A stretch of DNA of 63,986 nucleotides, counting the filler, from an uncultured bacterium (lineage in GTDB: Bacteria; Hinthialibacterota; Hinthialibacteria; Hinthialibacterales; Hinthialibacteraceae): NCBI GenBank assembly GCA_964449065.1. It is 8 parts of 8 records of this genome, joined end to end, with 100 filler letters (N's around TTAATTAATTAA, not from the genome) between each part and the next. Parts side by side here need not be neighbours in the genome. Positions count along the whole stretch, not along the records: positions 24,226 to 32,187 come from CAYVAZ010000242.1; positions 32,288 to 40,242 come from CAYVAZ010000243.1; positions 40,343 to 48,234 come from CAYVAZ010000245.1; 5 more parts are not named here. One strand, 5' to 3'. Of this stretch, positions 30,310 to 40,550 are shown in pieces. A program made the position numbers and the translations under genes. How positions within the stretch are numbered: the stretch's first letter is position 1; each line of letters begins with the position of its first letter. The notes below the pieces were generated by a model that was given only the letters and a program-made list of their open reading frames with translations, ran no database searches and was not told where the DNA came from.

Positions 30310-31794
30310 ATGAGCATCACACCGTCTTCCTCCATCCATTTGTTGTTTGAACTGAGTTATGATCCCGTGTTTCTGATGGATCATGCAGGGCTGTTTACTG
30401 ACCGCAACGCATCGGCTATGGATTGTTTCCCCCTACAATCGAATTCCGGCATAGAAGATATTTTGGGTGACGGGTTTGATTGGGAATGTGTGCTGGAAGA
30501 ATGCCGGAAGCAGCGGCAAGCGATTGAGGTATCGAATATCGGGATTCGACTGCCGACTGGAAACCGTTTAACCAGTGCCATTCGGGTTGCGCCTATACCG
30601 AAAGAAAACGGGGATGAGCAGTATGTGCTATCGCTTTCATTGGGAGAATCGGGGCTGGACGCGATTCAACAGTTCGCGCGGCAGAACGAAGCGCGGGTGG
30701 AAAACCTGAGCAAGCAACTATCACAGATGGGGCAAGAGTTGCTGGAAAAAACCAACCTGCTGGTGGAAGAGCGCAACAAGGTCATCACCATCATTCAAAA
30801 CATGGGCGATGGCTTGGTCGCCTGCGACCGCAATGGAAATATCATTCAACGCAACGAGACCGCGACATCGCTTTTGCATCTGCCGCAAAACGCAGTCGGG
30901 ATGCCCTTTGTGGATGCATCCCCATCCATCGCGCTGGCGGTGAAGTTAGACCCGAAACAGCCGGAAATCCATCATCCGGTGGAATTGAACCTCCCTCACA
31001 AAGAGGCCGAACTGCGCGTGCATGTCTCTCCTGTAGTGGATGATAACAATGAATATGCAGGGTTTGTTATGATCATCCAAGACCGCACCAAACAGGCTGA
31101 AGTAGACCGGATGAAAAATGAATTAATCTCAATCGTCTCGCATGAGTTGCGGTCTCCGTTGGCTTCGATTAAAGGCTATGTGGATTTAATGCAGTCGGGC
31201 GATTTCGGCGTGGTTCCAAATGAGATGAACGGGTATTTGGATGTAATCTCCGACAACGCCAACCGGTTAACGAACTTGATCGAGGATATGCTGGACCTGT
31301 CGCGGATTGAATCGGGCAAACTGAGCATGAACTTCGGCAAAGTGGATTTGCAGTTTTTGTGCGATTCAGTGTATTTAACAATGAAGCCGCAGGCGGAACA
31401 GAAAAAACAGCGGATCCAGCGCGATGTGGAACCGGGGCTTTGTGTATCCGGCGATGTAGACCGCTTGCAGCAGGCGCTGAATAACCTGGTCTCAAACGCG
31501 GTGAAGTATACGCCGGATGAAGGAAGCGTGACCATCCAAGCGAAACAGCATGAGAATGAGGTGCGAATATCCGTGACCGATGACGGGTACGGCATCCCGG
31601 CGGAAATGCAGCCGAAGCTGTTTCAGAAGTTTTTTCGCGCGAAAACCCGAAAGACGCAGCACATCGGCGGCACGGGCCTGGGGTTATGCATCACCAAATC
31701 CATCGCCGAACTGCACAACGGCACCGTGGAGTTTGATTCGCTAGAAGGTGAAGGCTCAACCTTCACGCTGCGGCTGCCAATGTTTCGGAATTAA
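30310..31794 (+). CDS. Cytoplasmic PAS-PAS sensor histidine kinase
   Basis: VSHELRSPL, NLVSNAVKYT, DDGYGI, GGTGLGL; no TM segments. Confidence 0.93.
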   Translation: MSITPSSSIHLLFELSYDPVFLMDHAGLFTDRNASAMDCFPLQSNSGIEDILGDGFDWECVLEECRKQRQAIEVSNIGIRLPTGNRLTSAIRVAPIPKENGDEQYVLSLSLGESGLDAIQQFARQNEARVENLSKQLSQMGQELLEKTNLLVEERNKVITIIQNMGDGLVACDRNGNIIQRNETATSLLHLPQNAVGMPFVDASPSIALAVKLDPKQPEIHHPVELNLPHKEAELRVHVSPVVDDNNEYAGFVMIIQDRTKQAEVDRMKNELISIVSHELRSPLASIKGYVDLMQSGDFGVVPNEMNGYLDVISDNANRLTNLIEDMLDLSRIESGKLSMNFGKVDLQFLCDSVYLTMKPQAEQKKQRIQRDVEPGLCVSGDVDRLQQALNNLVSNAVKYTPDEGSVTIQAKQHENEVRISVTDDGYGIPAEMQPKLFQKFFRAKTRKTQHIGGTGLGLCITKSIAELHNGTVEFDSLEGEGSTFTLRLPMFRN

Positions 31795-31849
31795 GAGCGC
31801 ATAGACGCAGATGTGTTCATGCTGTGGGCTGTTTCAAGACTCCATCCTG

Positions 31850-32050
31850 CTACGAAAATTTTAATAGAGACAATGCCCAAGAAATATCTTCCAACTGATG
31901 TTGCTCTTGCAGGTAGGGTTTATGCCGTTGAATGTATTCCATCAAAGCGAAGCGTATGCCTTCGGCATCGTCGTGAAACTATCCGGATTGCACCAATTGA
32001 CCGAGTTAGCTTGCTATTTGATCGGGGAGTTCAACTTGAATGCTTTTCAT
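31850..32050 (-). pseudogene. CopG/RHH antitoxin-like pseudogene
   Basis: MKSIQVELPDQIAS*LGQLVQSG*FHDDAEGIRFALMEYIQRHKPYLQEQHQLEDISWAL; stops at 32006-32008 and 31979-31981. Confidence 0.7.
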
Positions 32051-32508
32051 AGTTATACCTTTTCAAAAAAATAATGTTTGATGCGTGGCTAATATATCTT
32101 TCGAAGGCTTCAATAGTCTCCCTCATTGCATTGGCTACTCTCCGTACTTATCTTTTTATGGTACGCAATGCTCTAGCGCGTTTCAGANNNNNNNNNNNNN
32201 NNNNNNNNNNNNNNNNNNNNNNNNNNNNNNNTTAATTAATTAANNNNNNNNNNNNNNNNNNNNNNNNNNNNNNNNNNNNNNNNNNNNATAGTGAACTTTT
32301 CTATTTGAAAATGGTATAGTTGCTTTTAAAAATAATACCTTTTAAAAATAATGTTTGATGCATGGCTTGTATATCTTTCGAAGGCCTTAATATTTTCCCA
32401 CCAAGATTGCTAATCTTTACCGGTACAAACCGGGATAGCCAGCCGTCATTTTTAGATTGACACAATACTGGGGGCACATTGCAATGTGCCCCTTGCCATA
32501 GAAAGATT

Positions 32509-33429
32509 TTACCCAATTAACTTCTGCAATTGTTCGATGTAGCGGGGAACTGCTTCTTTGGGTTCTTCACTTGCTTCATATTCCAGGGCGATGTAGCCGC
32601 GGTAATCGGCTTTTTCCAGGATATCCATAATGCGGCCGAAATCGGCGGGGTAGTCTTTGCGGTCCGGGCCGGACATGTGAACTTTGAGTTGTACATTGAC
32701 GGCATAAGGCGCGCACATTTCGATGTCTTTGTAAGGATCTTTGGAATGGAAGTTGCCGCCGTCGAGATTGATGCCTAGCCATTCGGAATCGATTGCTTCG
32801 ACAATGTCGATGAGCGGTTCGGGTTCTGAAACGATGCCGCCGTGGTTTTCGATGGCCAAAAACACACCGTTTTTGGCGGCGTAATCGCAGGCGATTTTGG
32901 TGTTTTCGATGCAGTATTGTTTTGCCTGCTCAAAGCTATCGCCCTCTTGTTTTCTTCCGGCGAAGATGCGGATGCAGGGGGCGCCGAATAGGGCGGAGGC
33001 ATCCACCCATTTGTTGCAGGCTTCGATCTCGCTTTCCGCCTTAGGTGAACCGGGTTTGTGGGTAAAGGTGTTGCCGATTGCCGTGCCGGAGATATCAAGC
33101 CCCAGCAAAAACGCGTGGCGCTTAAACCGCAGGAAATAGTCTTCATCCGCGTCTCTTGGGAAATAGTATTCGGTCGGTTCGGCGGCGCCCAAGCCCATCT
33201 TGGCGCATTCGTCCAAGAAATCCATGATGGTCATGGATGGCGGGATATTGTTTTTGGGGTCGCCTTGGAAGTATTTGCGGTAGGAGTAACCCGCAAGGCT
33301 TAGTTTAAAGCGGTGGCCGTAAGGGCGGTCAAACGGTTTGGCCGCGTTTGTTGTGGCCGCGGTGCAGACGGCTGCGGCGGAAAACGCGCTGGTTTTGAAA
33401 AATCCTCTTCGGTTGGATTGGATTGACAT
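32509..33429 (-). CDS. TAT-exported sugar phosphate isomerase/epimerase (xylose isomerase-like TIM barrel)
   Basis: SNRRGFFK twin-arginine signal; CIRIFAG, IENHGG, NLDGGNF, LEYE. Confidence 0.88.
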   Translation of the reverse strand: MSIQSNRRGFFKTSAFSAAAVCTAATTNAAKPFDRPYGHRFKLSLAGYSYRKYFQGDPKNNIPPSMTIMDFLDECAKMGLGAAEPTEYYFPRDADEDYFLRFKRHAFLLGLDISGTAIGNTFTHKPGSPKAESEIEACNKWVDASALFGAPCIRIFAGRKQEGDSFEQAKQYCIENTKIACDYAAKNGVFLAIENHGGIVSEPEPLIDIVEAIDSEWLGINLDGGNFHSKDPYKDIEMCAPYAVNVQLKVHMSGPDRKDYPADFGRIMDILEKADYRGYIALEYEASEEPKEAVPRYIEQLQKLIG

Positions 33430-33516
33430 GGTATTTTCTCCTAAAAATAGTTATCTTATGTTAAGATGAACGCGTTCGTTTTTCCAGAGCAGCGTGGTTT
33501 ATTGGGAAGGCGAACG

Positions 33517-33545
33517 TTGACAAATTAAGTATCCCAAAAGATGAT
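33517..33545 (+). promoter_or_regulatory. Possible sigma70 promoter of lptE
   Basis: TTGACA-N17-GATGAT. Confidence 0.35.
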
Positions 33546-33599
33546 TGAACAATCCCGGTGAATTTTTTTTACCGCTGTCAGTGAGGATAAAAGCAGACA

Positions 33600-34091
33600 A
33601 TGAATGATAAATTGAATTGGCTTTTGCCAGTCTTTTTATTTTGTGCCACGGTGTTGGGCTGCGCGCATAACCAGCGGGTGTTGGATGCGCGCTATGAGAC
33701 CATTCATATTCCGGTGATTTACAATGAGACGTCGGAATTCGGGTTGGAAGAACGGGTGACCCATGCCATGATCGATGCCTTTCGGCGGGACGGGCAGTTG
33801 AAAGTGGTGCGGGAAGCGAACGCGGATTTGATTCTCAACGCCCGTATCATCGATGTGGAATTTTTTCCACAGACCTTTTCGGATTTAGACCGCGCGGTGG
33901 GGTACCGCATCAATTTGGTGATGATGGTGGATGTGATAGACGCCTCGACCGGAGAGCCGCTGTTTGTTGACCGTCCTTTCCAAGCCAATGGAAATTTCGC
34001 GCTGAGCACATCCCCCACAACGGCAGCGGCGAACGATGTCTCCGCCACGCTGGCCGAAGCGGTGTTGAGTAACCTCATCGAAGGCTGGTAG
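33600..34091 (+). CDS. lptE: LPS assembly lipoprotein LptE family
   Basis: Lipobox VLGC; TIHIPVIYNETSEFGLE..T..ADLIL; upstream of holA. Confidence 0.8.
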   Translation: MNDKLNWLLPVFLFCATVLGCAHNQRVLDARYETIHIPVIYNETSEFGLEERVTHAMIDAFRRDGQLKVVREANADLILNARIIDVEFFPQTFSDLDRAVGYRINLVMMVDVIDASTGEPLFVDRPFQANGNFALSTSPTTAAANDVSATLAEAVLSNLIEGW

Positions 34092-34106
34092 AAACCGCTA
34101 TAATGT

Positions 34107-35306
34107 ATGATTATGATAAAAGAATACTCTCCATTCACACCCGGTTTACCGGTTCCGGTTGACTTCTTTGTCGGCAGGGCCGGTGAAGTGACCGCTATTG
34201 TGGAATCGGTCGGGAAATCCGTCCAACAATCTTCACTGGAACGGTTTTTTGTTTCCGGGGAACGGGGAATCGGTAAAAGTTCTTTGTGCAAATATGTGAG
34301 CGCTATATGTGAGAAAGAGTATGATGTACTCAGTTTGCATGTGTTTTTGGGCGGTGTGACAACGTTAGAGGATTTGGTGCGCCGGATATTCGAAAATTTA
34401 TTGGAAGAAAGCGATAAAAAACCGTGGGATCAATCCATCAAACAATTTTTCGGCAATCATGTGCGTAAGGTTGATTTGTTTGGGTTGAGTTTGGAATTCG
34501 ACGCGTCTAAAAAAGACTTAACCACCGCTGTGAACAATTTTGTTTCGGTTCTGAAAAAGTTGATGGCGGAAATTTCGAAACACAAAAACGGTTTGCTTTT
34601 AATTTTGGATGATATCAATGGATTGGCCTCTCAAGCCCGCTTTGCGAACTGGATCAAAAGTATCGTGGACGAATTGGCCATTTCCAGCAAAGGTGTTCCG
34701 GTCACTCTCATCCTGAACGGTATTCCCGAACGGAGATATCAATTGATTAAACATCAACCTTCTCTGGATAGGGTGTTTGATTTGATTGATATCAAACGCT
34801 TCAATGAAGATGAAACCAAGGATTTTTATCTTCGAACATTTAAAAAAGTGAATGTAGAACTGGAAGAACCCGCACTCGATATATTGGTGAATTATTCCGG
34901 CGGGTTTCCTGTATTTATGCACGAAATTGGAGACGCGGTTTTTAAAGAAAATACGGATAATAAAATTGACCGCCATCAAGCATTTCGAGGAGTTGTAAGA
35001 GGTGCAAGGATTATTGGTGAAAAGTATATAGAGCCGAAGGTTTTATCTATTATTCGAAGTAAGAATTACATCAACATATTAAAAAAAGTCGGCGAAAAAT
35101 TTTCCGATGCGTTTTCTCGGCAAGAAATGTTAGACCAATTGAAGCCGGACGAATCCAAAGTTTTTGATAACTTTATCACAAAGATGCGTGATTTAGGGGT
35201 AATCCATGCAAACAAAGAATTGGGGAGAGGGTATTATGAATTTACAAACAATTTATATGCTCTCTATTTTTTGATGTTTGCGTCAACGGAAAGAAATACC
35301 AAGTAA
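34107..35306 (+). CDS. AAA-type (archaeal-ATPase-like) P-loop protein with a probable C-terminal winged helix
   Basis: SPFTPG..FVGR, Walker A GERGIGKSS, Walker B LLILDD, YSGGFP. Confidence 0.85.
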   Translation: MIMIKEYSPFTPGLPVPVDFFVGRAGEVTAIVESVGKSVQQSSLERFFVSGERGIGKSSLCKYVSAICEKEYDVLSLHVFLGGVTTLEDLVRRIFENLLEESDKKPWDQSIKQFFGNHVRKVDLFGLSLEFDASKKDLTTAVNNFVSVLKKLMAEISKHKNGLLLILDDINGLASQARFANWIKSIVDELAISSKGVPVTLILNGIPERRYQLIKHQPSLDRVFDLIDIKRFNEDETKDFYLRTFKKVNVELEEPALDILVNYSGGFPVFMHEIGDAVFKENTDNKIDRHQAFRGVVRGARIIGEKYIEPKVLSIIRSKNYINILKKVGEKFSDAFSRQEMLDQLKPDESKVFDNFITKMRDLGVIHANKELGRGYYEFTNNLYALYFLMFASTERNTK

Positions 35307-35309
35307 ATC

Positions 35310-36305
35310 ATGAAAACACTTCTACTACTTGGAGGCGATACTGTTCAACGGGAAAAAATCATCGCGAAAATCGCGAAAGAAGCCTTTCCCGGTCTTGATG
35401 TTGAGCGCAAAACCTTTAAGGCGGATCAAGGGCAGATTCCGAAGGCGATTGAGGAACTGTTTTCGTATTCGTTATTTGATGAAGCCAAGATGGTTATCTT
35501 GACCGGGTTGGATAAGTTGTTTGCGCGCAAGAATAAATCCGAGGATGAAGATGAAGAGGAAGAGAGTGTCTCGGGGGCAAAAGCGATTGAACCGTTGTAT
35601 GAAGTGATCGCTCATCCGCGCGGGGATTCTCCATTCTTGATGATCGCGGAAACCAAAACCGGCATCCCGAAGAAGTTTTTGGACGCGCTTGGCAAAGAAC
35701 GGATTGTAACCGTTTCCACAACATCGCTTGCGGATATACGGCGAAGCGTTGAGAAAAAGAGCGCGCTGGCCGGTTTTACCTTTTCAAAAGACGCGTTGGC
35801 GTTTTTTATGGAAACCTGCGGGCACAGTGTGGAATCGGCGAAGCAGGAATTTGAGAAAATCCAAATGTGGGTAGATCCCGGCGAAGAAATTTCGCTGGAA
35901 ATGTGCCGCCGGTTGATTTGGGGAGAAAAGGAACAGAATATTTTCGAAATTTCCAACGGTGTTCGGGATCATAATCCTACCAAAGCATTGCGAGCTTTGA
36001 ATAAGATGTTCGCCCAAGGGGAGGAAGGGTATTCCATTATGGGCACTCTTATACGGGCGTTTCGTGATATTCACACGTTTAAATCGCTGCAAGAAGAGAA
36101 CATTCCGCGGAATGAATGGCAGTCATACGCAAAAATCAATCCCAAGGCAATACAGTTTAAAATTCAGGATGCGTCTCAGTTTAAGTATGAATCCATCCGA
36201 AAGGCGGTTTCATTGATTTGCCGGGCGGATTCGGATATCAAAGGCGGGAAATCCAACCCGAAACTGGTGATTGAACGGCTGGTGCTTGACTTATGCCGTA
36301 TCTGA
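35310..36305 (+). CDS. holA: DNA polymerase III subunit delta
   Basis: LLLGGD, SLFDEAK, QEFEKI, NIFEI, ADSDIKGG..KLVIERLV. Confidence 0.85.
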   Translation: MKTLLLLGGDTVQREKIIAKIAKEAFPGLDVERKTFKADQGQIPKAIEELFSYSLFDEAKMVILTGLDKLFARKNKSEDEDEEEESVSGAKAIEPLYEVIAHPRGDSPFLMIAETKTGIPKKFLDALGKERIVTVSTTSLADIRRSVEKKSALAGFTFSKDALAFFMETCGHSVESAKQEFEKIQMWVDPGEEISLEMCRRLIWGEKEQNIFEISNGVRDHNPTKALRALNKMFAQGEEGYSIMGTLIRAFRDIHTFKSLQEENIPRNEWQSYAKINPKAIQFKIQDASQFKYESIRKAVSLICRADSDIKGGKSNPKLVIERLVLDLCRI

Positions 36306-36579
36306 AATGCTGTAAGAAAATCCTGTTATTCTAAGCAATTCACCTTCCCGCAGCGCGAAAAATTGTAAAGATTTATAGGAGACCTGTCATAGTAAGGGGA
36401 TAAAAATGGGTTTTTCCTGACGGGGATGAAACCTTGCACTACTCTTTCAAGCGGATATTTTGTAAAATTATTAAATTCGGTTATGCAATCTTCGTTATTT
36501 TTTAATGCGATCTTTTGACCCTGTGCTTTCAGCCTCCGTTAACACAGGATTTTATCAATTACCTAATTGGAGAAGCTCA

Positions 36580-39054
36580 ATGAATTTATTTCGGTTATCA
36601 TGTGTTGGTATTATCACTCTTGCCTTGATGGCGGTCGTGTTTTCGTTACCGCAAGCGGGTTGGTCACAAGTGCAGGGGTGGAGTGAAGAGAAAAATTTGG
36701 TGCAAGCGGGAACCATTGACAACCGGGTGACCACACCGTCGATCGCGGTGAGCGGCGAGAATGTTTATATTGTTTACCGGCAACGGCAGATTAAAATGAT
36801 TCGTTCAACGGACCGCGGCAAAACCTGGAGCGAACCGGTGATAATCAATCCGGAGCAATCCATTAACAATTATCCGGCTATTGCGGTGTTTGGTTCCAAT
36901 ATTGTAGTGGTTTGGTCATCCTTTGTCCGTAATTCATCCGGGATGTATAGCGTTCCGCTGTATTATTCGGAGAGCGGCAACCGGGGAATCGATTGGTCTG
37001 AGCCCAAACCCGTTGTTCAAACATCGGATATTGCTTTAAAGCCGATGTTTTTGAATTTGGGTGACCGCGCACTGTTGACCTGGTTAGAAACGCCATTGCA
37101 AGAAACGCTGGGAGACATCACAACCGACCCGAATACTGCGGTTTCGCCGGATTCGATTACGGAGTTGTTTGATCCCAGCAGCCTTTCAGAAAGTTTACAG
37201 GCGCAACAGTCCAGGGTACGTTACCGTTTCTTTTCATCTCTTTACTCGCCGCGCTCGCAATCGTTTACGTCTCCGAACCCGCAGCCCAATGAAAGTTTTG
37301 GAGCCTCTCTTCCTCATTTATTTACAATGTTTGGGCCGATGAACAATAAAATTCATATTGTCATGAATGAAAATACCAATATCAAACTGTATGAATCCAC
37401 AGACGAGGGGCAAAACTGGAAACAGTCTTACGATGATGCTTCTTTTTTTGATACCCGCTATTTGGTGGATATGAAGGTCATTGACGGAGAGCGGCGAGGA
37501 GTGATGGTCGGCCGCGAGGCGGTTGCCTATCAGCGTGTACCGGTTCAGTTTTTTCGAAACAATTCACTCAATGATACCATTCAACTTACTCCGCCCTATT
37601 ATGTTCGCAGTGCTCCGAAGTATGAACGAAATGATGGAATCGATCATGTGGTTTGGGAAGCGGGAAATCAAGATCAAAGCCGGATAACCTATATGAGAAC
37701 AGACGATGTTCCGCCCACGTCCCAAATCGTACAGCCTACCGACCCTGCTGTGAAAGAACGTACCATCACATTTGGATGGACCGGAAATGATAATATTTCG
37801 TATACCGAGCGGTTGATGTATTCGTACTCCACAGAAGAAAATCAGTGGTCGCAGCCGCAGTCGGAGACCACCGTCACGATTGAAGCGCCGCCGGATGGTG
37901 AATATACATTTCGAGTGCGGGCAGAGGATGTGGCGGGCAACATTCAAGATCCGGTGACGGAATTTGTGTATAACACGTTTCAATCGGCGCCCGATACCAC
38001 ATGGGTGAACCCGCCTTCTCCGGGAGAAATCCTAACTGCGCGTTCTGTTACATTGTCCTTTGCATCGGAAGACAACAGTGATTCGGGGGATCAAATCACC
38101 TACGCGGCTCAAGTGGATGATGAACCCTGGTCGGATTTTCAATCCGGCAGCGAGCATACGTTTCGGGCGCTTTCTAACGGACAGCATATTTTGCGCATTC
38201 GTACCCAAGATTCACGCGGCAATATTGACCCTACCCCGGCGGAAATTCGTGTGACGGTTCAGGTGGATTTGGAATTGGTGATGGAAGAACAGCCGAACCT
38301 GAATACCAATGCCGAGACCAGCAAGTTTGCCTGGACAGCCAAGGATGATACGGGTAGAACAGTGGATTTGCAGTGTTACTACATTCTCAACGGACAGCCG
38401 GCGCAGCCAACCACCACATCCACTTCGCTTGAACTGACGGGATTGGAGGAAGGCCGCTACAGCATTGTGATTTGGGGAGTCGATCCATCCGGCGATAAAA
38501 CCGCTGAACTGGATTATCAATGGGTGGTGGACCGAACCCCGCCGGAAACCACGGCATCGTTCAACCGGGAATTCAGCAATGGTAAGCCCATCATTCAGTT
38601 GGAGGCATCCGATCCCAATTTGCCGGGAGGGGAAACCACTTCAAGCCCCGCGCAGTTTGAATACAAGATAAATGAAGCAGATTGGAAGCAATTTGAACAT
38701 TATGGGGGCAATTGGATCACCGATCAGCCGCTTCCGTTTTATGCGTGGGGGCATACTCTTCATGTCCGCGCGATAGACCGGGCCGGGAATATAGACGAGT
38801 CTGCCGCGACGATTGATTTGCGGTTGTTCTCGCGCTCGAACCCGTACATCTTGTATCCGGTGCTTGCCGTATTGGTGATCGCGTTGCTGTTTTTGATCAA
38901 AATGGTGATCCCCACCGGTGGGGGAACCCGGCGCAAAGCAACCACGCCGGCCGCGGAGGAGTCGGCGTTTGATTCCACCCTCGATACTGAGGATGAAACC
39001 AAAACGACCTCTTCATTTGATATGGATGATGATAAAGACGATCCGTACGCGTAG
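36580..39054 (+). CDS. Membrane-anchored protein: BNR/sialidase-like propeller, Ig-like repeats, C-terminal TM and acidic tail
   Basis: Asp boxes STDRGKTWS, SGNRGIDWS, STDEGQNW; repeats VRAEDVAGN, IRTQDSRGN, VRAIDRAGN. Confidence 0.8.
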   Translation: MNLFRLSCVGIITLALMAVVFSLPQAGWSQVQGWSEEKNLVQAGTIDNRVTTPSIAVSGENVYIVYRQRQIKMIRSTDRGKTWSEPVIINPEQSINNYPAIAVFGSNIVVVWSSFVRNSSGMYSVPLYYSESGNRGIDWSEPKPVVQTSDIALKPMFLNLGDRALLTWLETPLQETLGDITTDPNTAVSPDSITELFDPSSLSESLQAQQSRVRYRFFSSLYSPRSQSFTSPNPQPNESFGASLPHLFTMFGPMNNKIHIVMNENTNIKLYESTDEGQNWKQSYDDASFFDTRYLVDMKVIDGERRGVMVGREAVAYQRVPVQFFRNNSLNDTIQLTPPYYVRSAPKYERNDGIDHVVWEAGNQDQSRITYMRTDDVPPTSQIVQPTDPAVKERTITFGWTGNDNISYTERLMYSYSTEENQWSQPQSETTVTIEAPPDGEYTFRVRAEDVAGNIQDPVTEFVYNTFQSAPDTTWVNPPSPGEILTARSVTLSFASEDNSDSGDQITYAAQVDDEPWSDFQSGSEHTFRALSNGQHILRIRTQDSRGNIDPTPAEIRVTVQVDLELVMEEQPNLNTNAETSKFAWTAKDDTGRTVDLQCYYILNGQPAQPTTTSTSLELTGLEEGRYSIVIWGVDPSGDKTAELDYQWVVDRTPPETTASFNREFSNGKPIIQLEASDPNLPGGETTSSPAQFEYKINEADWKQFEHYGGNWITDQPLPFYAWGHTLHVRAIDRAGNIDESAATIDLRLFSRSNPYILYPVLAVLVIALLFLIKMVIPTGGGTRRKATTPAAEESAFDSTLDTEDETKTTSSFDMDDDKDDPYA

Positions 39055-39139
39055 CGCTTAAACCGGAATTAAAGGATCAACGGTGCTCCAGCTTGTGCTA
39101 TACTCGCTGGAGCATTTTTGTTTTGATTGAGGGGTTGTC

Positions 39140-40012
39140 ATGGGCTATTTTGGTATATTCGTTGGAATATTCCTTGCTGTTTGTGTTTCCGCAATGGCTT
39201 GGGCGGAGCGGCCGGTATTGGTGGAGTTGTATACCTCTTCAAACAACTGCCCCTCGTGCCCGGACGCGGTTGAGGCTTTGGAGCGAATCCGGTCGGAATT
39301 TTCCGCCTCTCCATTGCAGGTGCTGTATTTTCCCATCCGGGATGCTCTGCAATCCGACACCGGTTTTCTGCGTTATAGATTGGGATATTTTGAGCCGCCT
39401 TTACCCACCATTTACTTTGACGGCATCAACCGGATTACGGGCGCGAATAACCGTGTGGAAGCGGCCTACCGGGAGAACATTCAGTTTCAAATCAACCAGC
39501 CGCGCAGCGGGCGAATCTTCAGTTGGAAGGAACAGGTTGCGGATGAGTGGATTACGCGGGTGACATTTTCCCTGCCGGAGACGGTACCGGAAGATTCATG
39601 GGAACTGCATGTGGCGGTCACGCAACCGAAGACGCTGCCGCAAACGGGGGTGGTATTGTCTACTGTGGTTCAGGAGGTTCAACCAGTGCCGCTTGAATCT
39701 GCCGTGATTGAGGATGGGTGGATCACACGGACGTTAAATTTGCCCGGTTCAGATTGGGAGTTTTTTTGGTTTGTTCAACAACGCGATCCGAATACAAATC
39801 TATTGGATGAAGTTTTGCTATCCTCGCGGGCGGTTGAATACCCAGTTATTCCAGCGGATTTAACGTTTGACGGGATTCTCACGCATGAAGATGTTTGGAT
39901 ATTTGCGGCATTGTGGCATTTGCTGGATAAGGAAATTGATTTCAATCATGATGGTATTATCAATCAATTGGACGTATTATGGTTTCGGGGAATCATGCAG
40001 GACAATGGGTAA
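39140..40012 (+). CDS. Secreted thioredoxin-fold (DUF1223/Omp28-like) protein with a dockerin-like tail
   Basis: VLVELYTS..CPSCP, LPTIYFDG; ADLTFDGIL..ED and DFNHDGIINQLD EF-hand-like pair. Confidence 0.75.
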   Translation: MGYFGIFVGIFLAVCVSAMAWAERPVLVELYTSSNNCPSCPDAVEALERIRSEFSASPLQVLYFPIRDALQSDTGFLRYRLGYFEPPLPTIYFDGINRITGANNRVEAAYRENIQFQINQPRSGRIFSWKEQVADEWITRVTFSLPETVPEDSWELHVAVTQPKTLPQTGVVLSTVVQEVQPVPLESAVIEDGWITRTLNLPGSDWEFFWFVQQRDPNTNLLDEVLLSSRAVEYPVIPADLTFDGILTHEDVWIFAALWHLLDKEIDFNHDGIINQLDVLWFRGIMQDNG

Positions 40013-40157
40013 TCTTTGCTCATCTCCCTTTACAAAAGGGATATCTTTTCCTGATCCTACGGCCTGCCTGGAACCGGTTTGTAAGAAACATTGAGATTCC
40101 GGCGTTATCCGGGTGGCACATGGATTGCTTTGTATGGTAGGGGTGAATTGTCTTAAT

Positions 40158-40242
40158 AACTGATGTTACGCAATCCATGATTGACGATTGCCTGAAAAAT
40201 GGTTTTTGTTGTGAGCCAACTATTCTCAGTCAAACGCAGTGT
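40158..40242 (+). mobile_element. MITE family A, left end
   Basis: AACTGATGTTACGCAATCCATGATTGACGATTGC... up to contig end. Confidence 0.88.
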
Positions 40243-40380
40243 NNNNNNNNNNNNNNNNNNNNNNNNNNNNNNNNNNNNNNNNNNNNTTAATTAATTAANN
40301 NNNNNNNNNNNNNNNNNNNNNNNNNNNNNNNNNNNNNNNNNNTTGTCCAAACAATGTGTTTTAGAAGAGCGTTTTTTTGG

Positions 40381-40405
40381 GGGAGGGCGAGGCTCCCGCC
40401 GAGCC
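40381..40405. repeat. REP-like repeat
   Basis: GGGAGGGCGAGGCTCCCGCCGAGCC identical to 24325-24349. Confidence 0.75.
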
Positions 40406-40550
40406 GGAAGTACCGTTCATGTCAACCAGAGCGTATTTTTGGCAATCGCTTTAACCAATCATCACAGCAGTTGAAAGATGCCTTCAGATTTGAATAATAG
40501 AGTCATCAAATAAATCCGTAGTTACGCAATCTTTTTTGGAGGAATTATCC

